A stretch of DNA of 63,484 bases from a virus (taxonomy: Duplodnaviria; Caudoviricetes): positions 1-63,484 of the IMG/VR virus record IMGVR_UViG_3300018875_000006, one strand, 5' to 3'. Of the stretch, positions 38,733 through 46,393 are shown in pieces (position 1 is the stretch's first letter; each line of letters starts with the position of its first letter). The translations under genes and the position numbers were made by a program. A model generated the notes under the pieces. The model was not told where the DNA came from. It saw nothing but the letters and a program-made list of their open reading frames with translations, and did no database searches.

Positions 38733-38805
38733 GGGTGGATGGGGTGGTCTGGTGCGCGCCCCGGGCCGGATCCGATCCGGCACCATCGCGGCTGGGCCGG
38801 GGCTG
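38733..38805 (-). repeat. 73-bp intergenic repeat copy A (tRNA-half-like fold)
   Basis: One mismatch to 38989-39061. Confidence 0.85.
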
Positions 38806-38811
38806 AGTGGG

Positions 38812-38973
38812 TCAGCGGCCGTTCTTCTCGTGCTTGCTGGCCGCCTCCTCGGCGACGGAGCGGCTGCCGTAGTCGCCGCCGCGGGCCCCGCAGGTGCAGG
38901 TCCACGTGTGCGAGTAGCGGCCGTAGCCACGACCGTGACTGGAGACGTAGGCGCGGTGGGTGGGGGCGGGCAT
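38812..38973 (-). CDS. Small Cys/His protein (mobile-element-transfer-like)
   Basis: GAAGGAG RBS; WTCTCG...AEEAASKH. Confidence 0.65.
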   Translation of the reverse strand: MPAPTHRAYVSSHGRGYGRYSHTWTCTCGARGGDYGSRSVAEEAASKHEKNGR

Positions 38974-38988
38974 GGCGGGCTCCTTCAG

Positions 38989-39061
38989 GGGTGGATGAGG
39001 TGGTCTGGTGCGCGCCCCGGGCCGGATCCGATCCGGCACCATCGCGGCTGGGCCGGGGCTG
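38989..39061 (-). repeat. 73-bp intergenic repeat copy B (tRNA-half-like fold)
   Basis: One mismatch to 38733-38805. Confidence 0.85.
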
Positions 39062-39108
39062 GGTGCCGGGCGCGGCTGGGGGATGTACCGCGCCCGGCGG
39101 TCGGTGGG

Positions 39109-39318
39109 TCAGTGCTTGGGCCGCCAGGTGCCGTTCTTCGCGGCGTTCAGCTCGTCCAGGTGCTCGTCGACGGCTTCGCCCATGCGGGCGGCGAGCCGGT
39201 GCTGGCCGGCCTCCTGCAGGTCGCGCTGGGCTCCGCGGGCCGACGCGACGTCGGCCTTGATCTCGTCCACGAGCTGCTCGGTGGAGCTGGGCCGGGAGAA
39301 GTGACGGGATGCGGACAT
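39109..39318 (-). CDS. Hypothetical protein
   Basis: GAAGGA RBS; helical 69 aa. Confidence 0.7.
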   Translation of the reverse strand: MSASRHFSRPSSTEQLVDEIKADVASARGAQRDLQEAGQHRLAARMGEAVDEHLDELNAAKNGTWRPKH

Positions 39319-39331
39319 GGGTTTCCTTCGG

Positions 39332-39712
39332 TTAGCGGTTGACGACGTCCTTGTGGACGTCGCGGTGGGTGACGGTCACGGTGTGGCCTCGGCGGCGGAG
39401 GCGGCGGGCGAGCCTGTCGGCGACGACGACGGACCGGTGGCGGCCTCCCGCACAGCCGGAGCCGATGACGATCCGCTCGGCGGACGGGCCGGCGGCGTAT
39501 GCCTGGACCTGTCGGGTGGTGGCTCGCAGCAGCCGCCGGATACCGCGGGTGCGAAGGACCTTTCGCTGCACAAGCGGGTCCCGGCCGGTCAGCTCCCGCA
39601 TCCGCGGGTCGACGTGCGGGTCCCGGAACGCGCGCCGCAAGTCGAGCACCACGTCCGCTTGCGGGGCGGCGCCGTGCAGGAACCCGAACGAGACGATCTC
39701 GACGACGGCCAT
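39332..39712 (-). CDS. Stand-alone RapZ C-terminal-domain protein
   Basis: IVSFGFLHG, DLR...DP, GCAGGRHRSV, HRDV motifs. Confidence 0.85.
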   Translation of the reverse strand: MAVVEIVSFGFLHGAAPQADVVLDLRRAFRDPHVDPRMRELTGRDPLVQRKVLRTRGIRRLLRATTRQVQAYAAGPSAERIVIGSGCAGGRHRSVVVADRLARRLRRRGHTVTVTHRDVHKDVVNR

Positions 39713-39945
39713 CAGGCGGCGGCCGGCAGGTCGAAGCCGTCGAGTTCGGCGAGCAGGTCGTCGTCGCCCTGGGCGGCGAGCCGGATGAGGACGGCGCGGG
39801 TCTCGTCGCCGGACTGGCGGGCCCGGGCGTAGTCGGTGAACAGGTCGCTGATCGACAGGACGGAGGCGTCGGCGACGGTGATGCGGGCGCGGGCCTGACC
39901 GTGGTCGGTGGCGGCGTGATCGGCGGAGAACAGGAACGGAGACAT
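39712..39945 (-). CDS. Hypothetical protein
   Basis: TGATG-coupled to RapZ-CTD gene. Confidence 0.7.
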   Translation of the reverse strand: MSPFLFSADHAATDHGQARARITVADASVLSISDLFTDYARARQSGDETRAVLIRLAAQGDDDLLAELDGFDLPAAA

Positions 39946-39984
39946 GGCGGTGCCCTTTCGGGTGCGGTGGGAGGGGGTGGGTGG

Positions 39985-40377
39985 TCAGGCGGTGGGGCGG
40001 GGCAGGGCGCGGCACTTTTCGGCGTGGGCCTGGGCATGCTTGCGGGCAGCCAGCCGGTGCTCCTCGGTGAAGTCGCCGTGATCGCAGTCGAAGACCAGGT
40101 CGCGCATCGAGACTTCGGCGAGCGGGTCGGTGCAGCCGAACCCGGAGCAGACCACGACGAAGCGGTGAAGGACGCTGACGCCGTGGTCGTGGGGTCCGAC
40201 GTCGATGCGCTGCTCTGCTGCTACCTCGGCGCCCACGAGGTTCCCGAACAAGCCGATCCGGAGTGCTCCGGAGCGGTTCTCTTGCCAGCCTTCACGGCGG
40301 TACTCGTTGCGTAGGTCGTTGACCTTGTCGTTCACCGTTGCGGCGTCGGAGCTGACGGTCTGGGTGGAAGAAGGCAT
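39985..40377 (-). CDS. Hypothetical Zn-binding protein
   Basis: CSGFGC...AQAHAEKCRALPRP. Confidence 0.72.
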   Translation of the reverse strand: MPSSTQTVSSDAATVNDKVNDLRNEYRREGWQENRSGALRIGLFGNLVGAEVAAEQRIDVGPHDHGVSVLHRFVVVCSGFGCTDPLAEVSMRDLVFDCDHGDFTEEHRLAARKHAQAHAEKCRALPRPTA

Positions 40378-40488
40378 GGCGGATCTCCTCGGTTGGTCAT
40401 GCCGGGATGGCGTGGGATGGGAAGAAGGGGGAGCCGCGGGGCGGGTGGCGGGGGATGGAACCGCCCCGCGGCGGATCTGGGGGTGCGG

Positions 40489-40656
40489 CTACCTGCAGGC
40501 GTCGCAGATGCCGCCGTCCCAGTCGTCCAGCCACGCACCGCAGTAGGCGCACTGGCCGGAGCCGAAGAAGCAGACGAACGGGCTGATGCCCTGCGGGTGC
40601 GGGCGAGGTGGCCTCGTGGGGAGGGGGTCTTTCACGCGCTCGTGCTCGGCGCTCAC
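40489..40656 (-). CDS. Small Zn-ribbon protein (55 aa, not in ORF track)
   Basis: CAYCG...CDAC; GTGA overlap. Confidence 0.55.
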   Translation of the reverse strand: MSAEHERVKDPLPTRPPRPHPQGISPFVCFFGSGQCAYCGAWLDDWDGGICDACR

Positions 40657-40880
40657 CGCTGCTCACCCCGCTCGGCGTCCAGCGCGGCAAGCAGGTTGTG
40701 CAGGACGTAGTGGAGGCCGCAGGCGGCGCGGATCATCTCGTCCCGGTCGTGGATGTTCGCCCGGGCCTTCTCGTCGACGACCTTGCGGGCGTGGGCGATG
40801 GCCTGCTCCAGCGTCGGAACGACCTGTGTGTCGCTGCCCGGGTCATGGAGCGGCCTGTAGGAGATGCCATCCACGGTCAC
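40653..40880 (-). CDS. Hypothetical protein
   Basis: VTVDGISYRP...NIHDRDEMIRAACGL. Confidence 0.65.
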   Translation of the reverse strand: MTVDGISYRPLHDPGSDTQVVPTLEQAIAHARKVVDEKARANIHDRDEMIRAACGLHYVLHNLLAALDAERGEQR

Positions 40881-40980
40881 CACTTCCTGACGGCGAGCGT
40901 GCGGCGGCGGGCGGCCGGCTCCTGCGGCAACGGCGGCAGATCCGGCGTCGGCTCGGGCTGCGGCGCGGGGGCCGGGGCGC

Positions 40981-41493
40981 TCACGCGGCACCTCCTCGGA
41001 CCCGGCGCAGCGCCTCCTCCACGTCCGGGTCGGAGTCGCCAGCCGCGTTGTGCAGGCGAGCCGTGCGGGAGAGCGAGCGGAGCGAGGACGCCAGGGTGAT
41101 CAGGTCGTCAGCGAGCTTGTCCGCCATGTCCGGGGTGAGATGCGATCCCTCGTCACCGGAGGCGTCCCCGATGGCGATGTGCGCGGCGCGGAACTGCGGG
41201 TCCGTCGCGGTCGGGTCGGACTCGACCCAGGCGTGCATCTGCACGGGATAGGCGCCGTAGCCGAAGGTCGGCACGTGCACGCTGGCAGTGTCGCCGCGGT
41301 GCATGACGTCCTCGACGGCGCGCACCGGCTCGTCGAGGTGGTCCTCAACACACCAAAATGGATCTTCGATCCAGGCGACGGTGCTGGTCGCTCCGGTGCC
41401 GATCCGCGCCGGGACCAGGCGGTGACCCGGCTTGATCGCAGGGAAGGGGTGCACGGTACCCAGGGGTGCCTGGGTAGACTGCTGGTCAGCCAT
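40981..41493 (-). CDS. Hypothetical protein (DUF6907-like)
   Basis: PFWCVEDH...H motif; GAAGGG RBS. Confidence 0.72.
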   Translation of the reverse strand: MADQQSTQAPLGTVHPFPAIKPGHRLVPARIGTGATSTVAWIEDPFWCVEDHLDEPVRAVEDVMHRGDTASVHVPTFGYGAYPVQMHAWVESDPTATDPQFRAAHIAIGDASGDEGSHLTPDMADKLADDLITLASSLRSLSRTARLHNAAGDSDPDVEEALRRVRGGAA

Positions 41494-41623
41494 GAGGGGA
41501 CCCTTCAGAAGTTCCTCGTGGTTAGGGTCGGCCTGCGAGTGGAGTCGCAGCGTCGGCCCGCTTTGTTTTGTGGTGCTGGTGGAGCAGCACGAATGTCCCA
41601 TCTGGACCGGTGGAGCGGTCCGA

Positions 41624-41671
41624 GTGGCACTCCACTAACGTAGCGCCTTCTCTAGACCGTGGCAATCCACT
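41624..41671. promoter_or_regulatory. Paired operator-like sites in divergent promoter
   Basis: GTGGCACTCCACT at 41624 and GTGGCAATCCACT at 41659. Confidence 0.6.
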
Positions 41672-41687
41672 GTGCGACGATTCGGTC

Positions 41688-41897
41688 ATGCCAGCCGGAG
41701 TCCACCTGAGAACCGCACGCACATTCCGCCCCGATCCCGACGTGTACGAGCGGGCAAAGGAGGCGGTGAAAGCCGTGGACTCGGACATGAACACGCACAT
41801 CAACGCGTTCCTGCTCTGGCTGGTGCACGACACGGACGAGCTGCCCGAGCGCCCGCCGAAACGTGAGCGCGGCGAGGCCCGGCCGAACGGCTCATGA
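41688..41897 (+). CDS. Ribbon-helix-helix-like regulator
   Basis: RTFRPDPDVYERAKEAV...MNTHINAFLLWL. Confidence 0.7.
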   Translation: MPAGVHLRTARTFRPDPDVYERAKEAVKAVDSDMNTHINAFLLWLVHDTDELPERPPKRERGEARPNGS

Positions 41898-41958
41898 AGC
41901 GCTGAAGTCATGGCGTCGAGTCAAGCGGCGGCACGACCCAGCCGCCATGGCCACCCAG

Positions 41959-41996
41959 TGCAGCGCCGATGCAGCAGGAGTGCAGCCGCCGTGCAG
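41959..41996 (+). promoter_or_regulatory. Four TGCAG repeats at 11-bp spacing
   Basis: TGCAG at 41959, 41970, 41981, 41992, upstream of the HTH-Nudix gene. Confidence 0.55.
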
Positions 41997-42025
41997 TCCG
42001 CCCGAATCGATCCGGCAAAGGGGCG

Positions 42026-42658
42026 ATGATGGACGTCGTCGAGACGTGGAGCGGGAGTCTGGCGACCGCGTTACAGGCCGCCCTGCGGATGACGAACGAG
42101 CAGTTCGCCGAGCATCTCGACGTGAGCGTGCGGACGGTCGCCGGCTGGCACGCCGAGCCTGACACCGTCCCCCGCAACGACACCCAGCAACTGCTCGATA
42201 CCGCCTACGAGAGGGCATCCGCCTCGGTGCAACGCCGCTTCAGTCTCTTGGCCCGCCCCAAGCCGAACGCCATGGAGGCGCAGGCCTTGCGCGTGGCCAT
42301 CGCCGTCGTCATCCGCGATGACGAGGTGCTACTCGTCTGCCGGCGCGGGTCGGACTCGCTCAGCTGGCAGTTCCCGGCCGGCGTGGTGAAGCCGGGCGCC
42401 TCCCCCGCGGTCGTGGCGGTCGAGGAGACACACGCGGAGACCGGCGTCCGCTGCACGGTCCGCGCGCCACTGGGGTCCCGGGTCCATCCGATCACGGGCG
42501 TGGTCGCCGAGTACCTGGCATGTGACTACCTGATGGGCGACGCCACGAACCGCGACCCGCTGGAGAACGCCGACGTGGCCTGGGTGCCCCGGTCGGCTCT
42601 GACCCGCTTCATCCCCAAGCAGTCCATCTATCCGCCGATCTTGGAGGCGCTGGCATGA
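42026..42658 (+). CDS. HTH-Nudix hydrolase fusion
   Basis: LRMTNEQFAEHLDVSVRTVAGW HTH; WQFPAG...AVEETHAETG degenerate Nudix box; TTA at codon 16. Confidence 0.85.
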   Translation: MMDVVETWSGSLATALQAALRMTNEQFAEHLDVSVRTVAGWHAEPDTVPRNDTQQLLDTAYERASASVQRRFSLLARPKPNAMEAQALRVAIAVVIRDDEVLLVCRRGSDSLSWQFPAGVVKPGASPAVVAVEETHAETGVRCTVRAPLGSRVHPITGVVAEYLACDYLMGDATNRDPLENADVAWVPRSALTRFIPKQSIYPPILEALA

Positions 42659-43059
42659 CCGAGACGACCACGAAGCCGGGGATCTCCGCGGCGATCATCA
42701 CGAGCGAGGGCCGTGTGCTTATGGTCCGTCGCCGGGTGAAGGAGGGCGAGCTGTCGTGGCAGTTCCCGGCCGGCGGCATCGAGCCGGGCGAGACGCCGGA
42801 GGAGGCCGCGGTGCGGGAGACATTGGAGGAGACCGGCGTCAAGGTCGAGGCCGAACGGCTGATCGGCCAGCGCATCCACCCGAAGACCGGCCGCGAGATG
42901 AGCTACACCGCCTGCCGGGTCATCGACGGGGAGGCGCACGTCGCCGACGCCGACGAGCTGGACGCCGTCGCCTGGGTGTCACTGGAGGAGATCCCCGATT
43001 ACGTGCCCTACGGGCTGTTCGAGCCCGTGCAGAGGTATTTGACTGAGGTGATCCCGTAG
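42655..43059 (+). CDS. Nudix hydrolase
   Basis: GGIEPGETPEEAAVRETLEETG canonical Nudix box. Confidence 0.92.
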   Translation: MTETTTKPGISAAIITSEGRVLMVRRRVKEGELSWQFPAGGIEPGETPEEAAVRETLEETGVKVEAERLIGQRIHPKTGREMSYTACRVIDGEAHVADADELDAVAWVSLEEIPDYVPYGLFEPVQRYLTEVIP

Positions 43060-43091
43060 CGAGACGCGCGCCACCCAGAGGCGAACAACCA

Positions 43092-43128
43092 CGCGAAGGG
43101 CCGGACGGTTCCCGTCCGGCCCTTCGCG
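43092..43128. terminator. Bidirectional terminator hairpin
   Basis: 17-bp perfect stem CGCGAAGGGCCGGACGG-TTC-CCGTCCGGCCCTTCGCG between convergent genes. Confidence 0.8.
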
Positions 43129-43140
43129 CGCCTGCACCTA

Positions 43141-43563
43141 CTAGATGTCATCGACGATGCCTTGCCGCTTTAGGTCTTCGATGACGCGGCGGGAGAGTTC
43201 TCGGATCTCGGCGCCGGTGAGGGTGTCAGAGACAGCGACGAAGGCGCTGGTTACTGCGCCACGCAGGGCGTCCTCGGGTACACGAGCGACGTCGACCCTG
43301 TGTCGGGGACCAGGCGAGATGAGCACGGGCTCGGTGGCGCCGTCGAGGATCTCCTGAACAGAGCCGGCCGCCCATCCCAGGGCGTTCTCGATCTTGGCGT
43401 AGGTGACGTCGCGGACTGGCGAGCCATCCTCTACGCGCTGGTAGGTGTTGATGGAGATGCCGGCCGCTTCTGAGGTCGCACGCTTGGACAGGTTGAGTTC
43501 CATGCGTCGCTGCGCCATGAGCTTGCCGAGTCGCTGGAGCGACTCATTGTCGTTGGCATCCAT
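43141..43563 (-). CDS. Second XRE repressor (paralogue of 62462..62896)
   Basis: HTH; TYAKIENALGWAAGS and EIRELSRRVIEDLKRQG match the main repressor. Confidence 0.83.
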   Translation of the reverse strand: MDANDNESLQRLGKLMAQRRMELNLSKRATSEAAGISINTYQRVEDGSPVRDVTYAKIENALGWAAGSVQEILDGATEPVLISPGPRHRVDVARVPEDALRGAVTSAFVAVSDTLTGAEIRELSRRVIEDLKRQGIVDDI

Positions 43564-43719
43564 GTCTACATGATTGCAGACCACCTCAACTCCACCAACC
43601 CAGATGAGCGAAGTTGATGCAAGTTGATACTCGAATGCAGTACCGTGAGACGCGGCGGGCCCGCCCAGTACTTGGCGGTCAGGGCGGGCCCAGTCGATCA
43701 ATCCACTGTGTCCAAACAG

Positions 43720-44520
43720 ATGGGAATGACCTTGTCCATGGTCTCACCTGAAGGCCCCTCCCCGTTCGACGCCCTCCGCAAAGCCGACGGCCGCTGGTCC
43801 GCCCGTGATCTGCAGACCCTCATGGGCTACTCCCGATGGGAGAATCTGACGTCGGCGCTGAACCGGGCCATGGCCAGTGCCCGCAACGAAGGGCTGGACG
43901 TCGACAACAACTTCCTGCGATCCCAGGAAGTAGCAGGTCAACGCGGCCCCGGCCGCCTGGACTACCGCCTCACTCGCCACGCCGCTTACCTGCTGGCCAT
44001 GAACGGCGACCCCAACAAGCCGGAGGTCGCCGCAGCTCAGGCGTACTTCGCCGTCAAGACGCGGGAGGCCGAGGTCCGCGGCAAAGCTCCAGCCCTCCCC
44101 CAGGACTACGAGGAGGCACTGGTCCACCTCCTCGACAAGGTGCGCGAGAACAAGCAGCTGGAGTCCAAGGTCAAGGAACTGGAGCCGGCCGCCCAGGCGT
44201 GGGACGTCCTGGCTTCCGCTTCCGGGGATTACAGTCTCCGGGACGCCGCCTTCATCCTCAACCGGGACCCGGCGATCTCCACGGGCCAGAATCGGCTGCT
44301 GCGGTCGATCCGCGAGTTCGACATGGTGGACCGCAATGGCGTCCCCTACGCCAAGCACGCCGCCCACCTGGTCGAACGCGCGACCTCGTACAACCATCCA
44401 CACACCGGCGAGCCGATGCTTTCAAGGCAGGTCCGGGTCACGGTCCAGGGCCTGCGCTACCTGCACCGGCGGCTCGGCGGGGAAGGCGCGTTGAGCCTTC
44501 CGCTCCCCGAGGCTGGATAG
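43720..44520 (+). CDS. Phage antirepressor (BRO/DinD-like N-term, KilA-C-like C-term); start 43720-43738
   Basis: WSARDLQTLMGYSRWEN, NGDPNKPEVAAAQAYF, TGQNRL, VRVTVQG. Confidence 0.87.
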   Translation: MGMTLSMVSPEGPSPFDALRKADGRWSARDLQTLMGYSRWENLTSALNRAMASARNEGLDVDNNFLRSQEVAGQRGPGRLDYRLTRHAAYLLAMNGDPNKPEVAAAQAYFAVKTREAEVRGKAPALPQDYEEALVHLLDKVRENKQLESKVKELEPAAQAWDVLASASGDYSLRDAAFILNRDPAISTGQNRLLRSIREFDMVDRNGVPYAKHAAHLVERATSYNHPHTGEPMLSRQVRVTVQGLRYLHRRLGGEGALSLPLPEAG

Positions 44521-44638
44521 CTCTGCCTCCTACGCCGACGGGCGCCCTGCTGTGACAGGGCGCTCTCCACGTTTCTGCTCACCTCCTGCCCCGGCGCCCT
44601 CCTAAACTGGCCCGCGCCCCACGAAAGGATTTCTGTTC

Positions 44639-45025
44639 ATGCGCCCTCTGGAGTACCGCGACTATCTGGTTGACCTGCTCAAAAACTCGCCTGACGTGCA
44701 GCGTGTGGAGGTGCTGGAGAACGGCCCTTACCCCTACGCGCTGGCTGCTACGGCGGCTGGCCGCGAGCAGCGTTGGCAGGTGATTGGGCAGCTGGCGGAT
44801 GGGGCGAAGCACAGTGACGCGACGCCTTCTGTGGAGGGGCAGCCTCCCTCGTTCACGGCGGCGCCTGTGGGGGGTGCCGCGGATGCTTGGCTGGCTGGCG
44901 TGATTGGCGCGGCGGAGCCGGTGGACACGGAGCGGATCGAGGTGTGGTCGTCGCGTAAAGGCGCCTCGCAGGGGCTGACGGTGTTCTTCCGGAACGGGGA
45001 GCGTGCTTTCGTGCGCCTGGCTTGA
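44639..45025 (+). CDS. Hypothetical protein
   Basis: GAAAGGA RBS. Confidence 0.68.
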   Translation: MRPLEYRDYLVDLLKNSPDVQRVEVLENGPYPYALAATAAGREQRWQVIGQLADGAKHSDATPSVEGQPPSFTAAPVGGAADAWLAGVIGAAEPVDTERIEVWSSRKGASQGLTVFFRNGERAFVRLA

Positions 45026-45092
45026 GCCCTGCCTGCTGGGCGGCTTCGGCGTCATCGTGCGGTGGGTGATCCCGTCGAGCGAGGAGGCCAGA

Positions 45093-45239
45093 ATGGGTCT
45101 GTTCGATCCTGCCCGGGTTGAGGCGGCGTGTTCGGTGTGCGGGGCTTGGGTGGGTGCGGAGTCGGGTCAGCCGGCTGCGTATCACCAGACGCCTGGCGGT
45201 CGGGAGACGTGCCCGGGGAGTGGGCAGCCGACCCAGTAA
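45093..45239 (+). CDS. Small Zn-finger protein
   Basis: GAGGAGG RBS; CSVC...H...CPGSG. Confidence 0.65.
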   Translation: MGLFDPARVEAACSVCGAWVGAESGQPAAYHQTPGGRETCPGSGQPTQ

Positions 45240-45245
45240 CGCAAG

Positions 45246-45280
45246 AAGGGCCCCGACCGCAACCCGCGGTCGGGGCCCTT
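45246..45280. terminator. Bidirectional terminator hairpin
   Basis: AAGGGCCCCGACCGC-AACCC-GCGGTCGGGGCCCTT between convergent genes. Confidence 0.8.
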
Positions 45281-45282
45281 GG

Positions 45283-45501
45283 TCATCTGGTGTGTTCGAT
45301 GGCGCGGCAGGCGATGGTGTCGGCTTCGAGGTCGATGGCGGTTGCGCCGGCGTGGAGGTTGCAGTCGGGGTCGTCGGCGAGGTCGCGGTGGGTTTCGGCG
45401 ATGGCGCGGAGGAGGGCGACGACGGCGTGGGCTGGGATGTAGGCGTGCCCGTCGGTCGCGGTGACGATGGGCAGGCGGTCCGCGGCGTGCCGGGCGGTCA
45501 C
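45283..45501 (-). CDS. Hypothetical protein
   Basis: GTGA-coupled ORF. Confidence 0.68.
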   Translation of the reverse strand: MTARHAADRLPIVTATDGHAYIPAHAVVALLRAIAETHRDLADDPDCNLHAGATAIDLEADTIACRAIEHTR

Positions 45502-46148
45502 GCCGCCCGCCTCTCGGCGAGTGCCAGTTGGACGAGGGCGGAGTGGCCGTAGTCGCTGCCGCAGCCTTTGCAGTACCGAATGTGGGTGTTGAGGTTGAAC
45601 CGGATGACGGTGCCGCAGTGGCAGACCGCGGTGAGGGGCTTGGGCGGTCGGGCGCCGACGATCATTCCTTCGCAGGTGCCGCGGATCTCTCGGACCTCTT
45701 CGGCGAAGGCGCCGATCGCTTCATGCTGGCGGACGGCGGTGTCGAGGTTGAAGCGGAGGGTGGCGACGGCTTGGTCCATGCGGTACTGGGGGCGGACGGC
45801 TTCGCAGGGGGTGGCGTAGCCGCGGTGGCCCCAGTCGCGGACCCATTCTTCGAGGTCGTTGACGAGGCCGCCGTTGGCGGAGTCGTTGAGTGGTGCGAGG
45901 CGTGCGGGTATGGGTGCGTTCTTGCTGCCGGAGACGCGTGGGCCGGTGCCGCGGGCGCCGGGTTCGAGTTCGTTGGGGAGTGCGGCGAAGAGGCCGGAGA
46001 CAAGGCGCCCGTTCTGCCAGATGGGCGGGCCGGCGAGGGCGGCGAGGTTGTTGTCGATGCGGTTCTCGCAGGGGCGGCAGCAGTAGCGGTCCCATTCGTC
46101 GGCGAAGAGGTCGTTTCGGCAGACGAGGCAGGCGGCGGGCTCGTTCAC
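45498..46148 (-). CDS. Double Zn-ribbon protein (possible late regulator)
   Basis: CLVC/CRPC N-terminal and CHC/CKGC C-terminal motifs; end of early operon. Confidence 0.72.
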   Translation of the reverse strand: MNEPAACLVCRNDLFADEWDRYCCRPCENRIDNNLAALAGPPIWQNGRLVSGLFAALPNELEPGARGTGPRVSGSKNAPIPARLAPLNDSANGGLVNDLEEWVRDWGHRGYATPCEAVRPQYRMDQAVATLRFNLDTAVRQHEAIGAFAEEVREIRGTCEGMIVGARPPKPLTAVCHCGTVIRFNLNTHIRYCKGCGSDYGHSALVQLALAERRAA

Positions 46149-46171
46149 GGCGGGCTCCTTGGTGCGGTGGT

Positions 46172-46393
46172 TCAGGGGCGGTTCTGAATGAGCTGGAGCT
46201 GCTGCTCAGCGGGGAGGTGGTGCAGGAACTGGGCGTCGCCGTAGGTGATGGACTTGTCGACAAGGGCTTCGTTTTTCGTGGCGCCGCGGAGCCAGGCCCA
46301 GGTGGCGGTGCACCAGGGCTCCTCGCCGGAGACGAAGCGGTGCAGACGGCCGTGGCTGAAGCACCAAGCCCACTCGCCGGTCGGAGTGCTCAC
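46172..46393 (-). CDS. Hypothetical protein
   Basis: VSTPTGEWAWCFSHG...; GTGA overlap. Confidence 0.62.
   Translation of the reverse strand: MSTPTGEWAWCFSHGRLHRFVSGEEPWCTATWAWLRGATKNEALVDKSITYGDAQFLHHLPAEQQLQLIQNRP

Noticed and set aside
38733-39061. Real tRNA genes or a CRISPR array
   Set aside because: No D or anticodon arm; only two copies, separated by a coding gene; no cas operon
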